In this document: one piece after another, positions 36,815 to 40,246 of the stretch
How positions within the stretch are numbered: the stretch's first letter is position 1
Layout of the letters: the number at the start of each line of letters is the position of its first letter
DNA from: Candidatus Thorarchaeota archaeon
Lineage (GTDB): Archaea; Asgardarchaeota; Thorarchaeia; Thorarchaeales; Thorarchaeaceae
Direction of reading: 5' to 3'
Assembly (NCBI GenBank): GCA_016839445.1
Contig: JAEOUG010000089.1
Span: forward strand, 1 to 40,246
Length of the DNA stretch: 40,246 bases
Program-made: the position numbers and the translations under genes
The notes under the pieces: model-generated
Databases searched by the model: none
Told to the model about the DNA's origin: nothing
Seen by the model: the letters and a program-made list of their open reading frames with translations, nothing else

Positions 36815-38373
36815 TCAAAGACGCTGTCAACGAAGCCTCTGAGGGACTCGGAATAGCCATGAGGAAGGGCACCCTCTGCTGTCGAACGGACGAAGTCAGT
36901 GGCGGAGTCCACATCAAACCTAAGCATCAAGAGCTTGTCGCGAAGCGATTCAGCCATCGAGTCGAACTTGGCCCCCTTCGTTGTGACAGGAACCGCGATT
37001 ATGGAGGCCGAGGCATCCCCGGCATCCAGAGCATCCTTCAGGCGTTTGACCGAGTAGAAGGCAGCGACTCCACCGCTTCTGTCCCAGTCCTTCACATTCG
37101 GAAGGTCAATGGCAATCTGGCGCCGTTCTCCGTCTCTCTGAATATTGACAATCGTTGCTTGCTGTGTCTTGGCTTCTGGCATCATCTGAAGCTCTACTTC
37201 TACACCGAATGAGGCCCCTGCAAGTTGAAGCGCATTGATGATCGAGTTCATTACCACAGTCCCTGTCAACTTCACCACATAGTCTTCTTGCGGCTCTACT
37301 GTTTCGGGGGTCCGCATGAACAGGATCTCATCAAGCCGAGGAATCAAGTACTTGATGGCTTCTCTCGGGACTCCGTTTGACTCCTCAAATGCCCGGCTCA
37401 CGTCATCTTCGGTGAAGGGGAAGAGGGGGTCTGGGGGAGGCTCGACGTTCTGCTGCGCCCAATACTTCTCCATGGTCGACCGCAGGAAGGAGTCCACATC
37501 TTCACGGTCGAACGGCTCGAGATGAACAACAGCTTCCATTCTTGATCTAGTTGGGGCATCCGCAATATTGTAGATCCGGTCCCAAATCTCTGTCAGACAC
37601 GATGCGATAATGACGACGTTCTTCGTTTCGTTGTAGAGACGCTTGAGTATCTCAAGGAAGTGCCTCTCACCCTCCTCGCCGTATGTATTGTAGGGCCCTT
37701 CCATCTCATCTACGAACAGGACAATCGGAACCTCAGACCCCTCAGCGAGGAGCTTCAAGGTTGCCATGGTTACGTCATCTTCCTCGAGTATTGTTCGGAC
37801 GCCCAAGCGTGCTATCTCTTCATCCGACAGAGCATCTCCAAGAAGCCACCGACGAGCAAGGTCCTTCGAGGCGGGGTCGAGCCTGTACCTGAGAAGGGCC
37901 TTAACAACATCAGCAGATATTCCGGGATAGTCAACAAGCAACCGCTCCAAGGCATAGGTGTAGTCGTAGATCTCGTGAGTCACTCCCCTGAGACCGCCAA
38001 ACTTCGTGATGAGCATGTCGACAGTCTGCTCAAAGAGCTCGTCGCCAGCCTCATCCACTATGCATGCATGCAGATGTAGAGGAACTCTCACAGGAGAAGG
38101 AGGCGAAGGAACGTAGACTGCCAGAAACTTCCCTGCCGCGAAGTAGTTCTCCTGCTCTTTCAGAACCCAAAAGAGGTGCGTCTTGCCAAGGCCTGCTCCT
38201 CCCAGAATTGGCTGGAATCTGGGTGTGTGATCCTTCATTGTGAAGCGGACTGCCCGAAAGACAGCCCTGTCTGCGTTCAGATGAGGGCCGGGAATGTCCA
38301 CATCATCAGGAGTGTCACCTCGAGAAACATAGCGCTTCAGCGGAGGGTCGTCTCGCATGATGTCAAGAAACAT
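36811..38373 (-). CDS. P-loop NTPase of STAND/AAA+-like type with C-terminal alpha/beta domain
   Basis: Walker A GGAGLGKT, Walker B LFVDEME, SRM, LEPF, PLFPF, GVPRE (GxP). Confidence 0.8.
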   Translation of the reverse strand: MFLDIMRDDPPLKRYVSRGDTPDDVDIPGPHLNADRAVFRAVRFTMKDHTPRFQPILGGAGLGKTHLFWVLKEQENYFAAGKFLAVYVPSPPSPVRVPLHLHACIVDEAGDELFEQTVDMLITKFGGLRGVTHEIYDYTYALERLLVDYPGISADVVKALLRYRLDPASKDLARRWLLGDALSDEEIARLGVRTILEEDDVTMATLKLLAEGSEVPIVLFVDEMEGPYNTYGEEGERHFLEILKRLYNETKNVVIIASCLTEIWDRIYNIADAPTRSRMEAVVHLEPFDREDVDSFLRSTMEKYWAQQNVEPPPDPLFPFTEDDVSRAFEESNGVPREAIKYLIPRLDEILFMRTPETVEPQEDYVVKLTGTVVMNSIINALQLAGASFGVEVELQMMPEAKTQQATIVNIQRDGERRQIAIDLPNVKDWDRSGGVAAFYSVKRLKDALDAGDASASIIAVPVTTKGAKFDSMAESLRDKLLMLRFDVDSATDFVRSTAEGALPHGYSESLRGFVDSVFD

Positions 38374-38531
38374 GTTCTCATCAAAACTTGGGGGGGGTTC
38401 GGTGGGCGGACTAATCGTTTTCTGCCTCCTAACGTAGTATCGATATCAGCATGATGTTTTGAATCTACTGGCAGATAGCGACCGCTACCATTATCACGAG
38501 GGATGCTGGAAAGCCAGTCTGGGATCTGACT

Positions 38532-38972
38532 ATGAACGAGCTTGAAGTCCTACAGCAGGTCGTTGAGAATCTGAATGTCGGGATTGTGGTTGTCGATAGC
38601 GGGAACAACATCACCCTCTTCAATAGACTTGCGGGGGAAATGCTACAACAGGAGCCATCAACAAGGATTGGAACCTCAATCCTCCGCTGCCACGGAGAGG
38701 TTTCCGAGGGGCCAGTCCTAAAGATGCTAGAAGATCTTAGGACCAGAGCGATGGAGAAATACGAAGGATGGGTGAACTTCAAAGGAAGGATGCTCTTCGA
38801 GCACATCTATCCCATATGGGGAACGGATGGCACCTGCTTGGGAATAGTTGAGGAGCTGCATGATGCGGGCGAGAGGGCTGAGTACCTCAAACTCAAAGGA
38901 GACTGGAAAAACATCCATGTATCAGGAATAGGCGAGAAGTCGCCCAGGAGACCTCACAGCGAGATGTCGTGA
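38532..38972 (+). CDS. Stand-alone PAS domain protein
   Basis: LNVGIVVVD..NNITLFN, IGTSILRCH, PIW..DG..LGIVE. Confidence 0.85.
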   Translation: MNELEVLQQVVENLNVGIVVVDSGNNITLFNRLAGEMLQQEPSTRIGTSILRCHGEVSEGPVLKMLEDLRTRAMEKYEGWVNFKGRMLFEHIYPIWGTDGTCLGIVEELHDAGERAEYLKLKGDWKNIHVSGIGEKSPRRPHSEMS

Positions 38973-39044
38973 GAGCCGCATGATAAACAGTTATCAAGAG
39001 CATCTCTGCCGGGAGTGAGAAATCGATAGGACAGTGGATGCGCT

Positions 39045-40246
39045 TTGGAGTCGGACGCTGAGCTGATCTCTGGGAATGGAGTGTCCAGTTCGTCCAAGAT
39101 TCTTGGCCTATCCATACTCACTGCATTCAACCGACTGAGCGGTTCGTTCAGAGAAGTTGTGCTCCCTCTCTTTGCCATATATCTGGCAAACGATGATGGA
39201 GCGTTCTACGGGCTCCTTGTTGCGTGTGCAGGATATGTCCAGTCAGGAGCTCTCTTTCCAGCAGGCTGGATTAGCGATCGAAGAGGCCGTGGAGTCGCCA
39301 TTCTCATTGGAGGTCTCTTCAGCGGTGTGTGCCTTCTTCTGCTACCATTTGCCTCGAGTACTCTAGGAGTCCTGATTCTCTTCTCCCTCTCTGGAGTCGG
39401 CAATGGATTCAACATGACCACAGTGAAGGCGCTCATTGCAGACTATACTGTGAAGGGGGAGGAAAGAACTAGGTCATACGGATACACTACTGCCTTCGCC
39501 ACGGTGGCAGCGATTGCTGGTTCGTTTCTCGGCGGATTCATCCTCGACCCTGTGGCATTGCCCGGAATCAATCAAGTGATAGTGAGGTTCGCGATTGTCT
39601 TCTTCATCATGGGTTCACTTCGAATAGTCGCAGGCGTAACAGGAATCTGGATGGACATGTGGCTGAAGCGGACGCACCCACTAGTCAATGATGTGAACCA
39701 AGACTCTGGCAGCCAAGAACCTGTGGATGATGTTAGAAACGACGTAGTGACAGCCAGTCTCTTCGGAGTCAGCAGACTAATCATGGGTTTCACAAGCGGA
39801 ATGGTGATTCCATATCTCATTACTTGGATGTATGTCGCCTTTGTAGTTGACCCAGTTGTCTTGGGAAGCGTACCTGCGATATCCAACCTCACACTTGCTT
39901 CTGGAGCTCTCATCGTTGGCCTGAGCAGCGAGCGTGTTGGCAAGATCAAGATGATTCTCGTCCTCTACCTTCTTGCTTCAGTGTTGACTTTTGGACTCGT
40001 CTCGACTCCATTCTTCATCATCATGGCAGTATTCTACGTCGCACGAAACGCCTTGGCCAATATGGCCCAACCTGCAGTTGACTCCCTCTTCATGGGGGAG
40101 GTCAGTCAGGCACGACGAGGCCGCTCTTTTGCGCTAACCAGAGTGATGTGGACGTTTCCAAGACAGACCGGTACACTACTGACATCCTATCTTCTGTCCA
40201 TAGGATTCCTTGGTGGAATAGCCCAGTTCGGCAGAATCGTATTCCC
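39045..40246 (+). CDS. MFS transporter (3' truncated by window; missing from ORF track)
   Basis: Open frame from TTG 39045 to the window end. Motif A GWISDRRGR, later SERVGK, ALIADY, many TM helices. Confidence 0.88.
   Translation, partial: MESDAELISGNGVSSSSKILGLSILTAFNRLSGSFREVVLPLFAIYLANDDGAFYGLLVACAGYVQSGALFPAGWISDRRGRGVAILIGGLFSGVCLLLLPFASSTLGVLILFSLSGVGNGFNMTTVKALIADYTVKGEERTRSYGYTTAFATVAAIAGSFLGGFILDPVALPGINQVIVRFAIVFFIMGSLRIVAGVTGIWMDMWLKRTHPLVNDVNQDSGSQEPVDDVRNDVVTASLFGVSRLIMGFTSGMVIPYLITWMYVAFVVDPVVLGSVPAISNLTLASGALIVGLSSERVGKIKMILVLYLLASVLTFGLVSTPFFIIMAVFYVARNALANMAQPAVDSLFMGEVSQARRGRSFALTRVMWTFPRQTGTLLTSYLLSIGFLGGIAQFGRIVF

Noticed and set aside
1-40246. CRISPR arrays, tRNA/rRNA genes, transposases, integrases, prophage genes
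   Set aside because: No regularly spaced repeats, cloverleaf/T-loop signatures or mobile-element proteins were seen on manual reading.

Overview
Gene-dense archaeal chromosomal segment with about 38 CDS. The archaeal assignment rests on an ATP-dependent DNA ligase, an ArcTGT-like protein, a Sec11-type signal peptidase, an AF0577-type radical SAM enzyme and TATA-like promoters. Gene content and style suggest an Asgard archaeon, possibly Thorarchaeia (inference, not verified). It is mostly a mosaic of housekeeping and metabolic genes: purL fragment, AcuC/HDAC, lig, cooC, YyaL, a REC-PAS histidine kinase, mscL, NIF3, a Na/Pi transporter, aspA, ggt, an MBL-rhodanese fusion and a partial MFS transporter. 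I found no rRNA, tRNA, CRISPR array or transposase. Best leads: (1) an unannotated 48-aa CxxC/hydrophobic peptide near a radical SAM/SPASM gene, a C39-like peptidase and two GNATs; (2) a GC-rich intergenic element of about 200 nt with several alternative pairings, a candidate ncRNA; (3) a stripped-down tRNA-guanine transglycosylase paralog next to DNA ligase; (4) a catalytically degenerate amidohydrolase; (5) candidate EMC6-like, Tubby/LURP-like, PRC-barrel and STAND-like proteins. All calls come from motif recognition by eye, without database searches.
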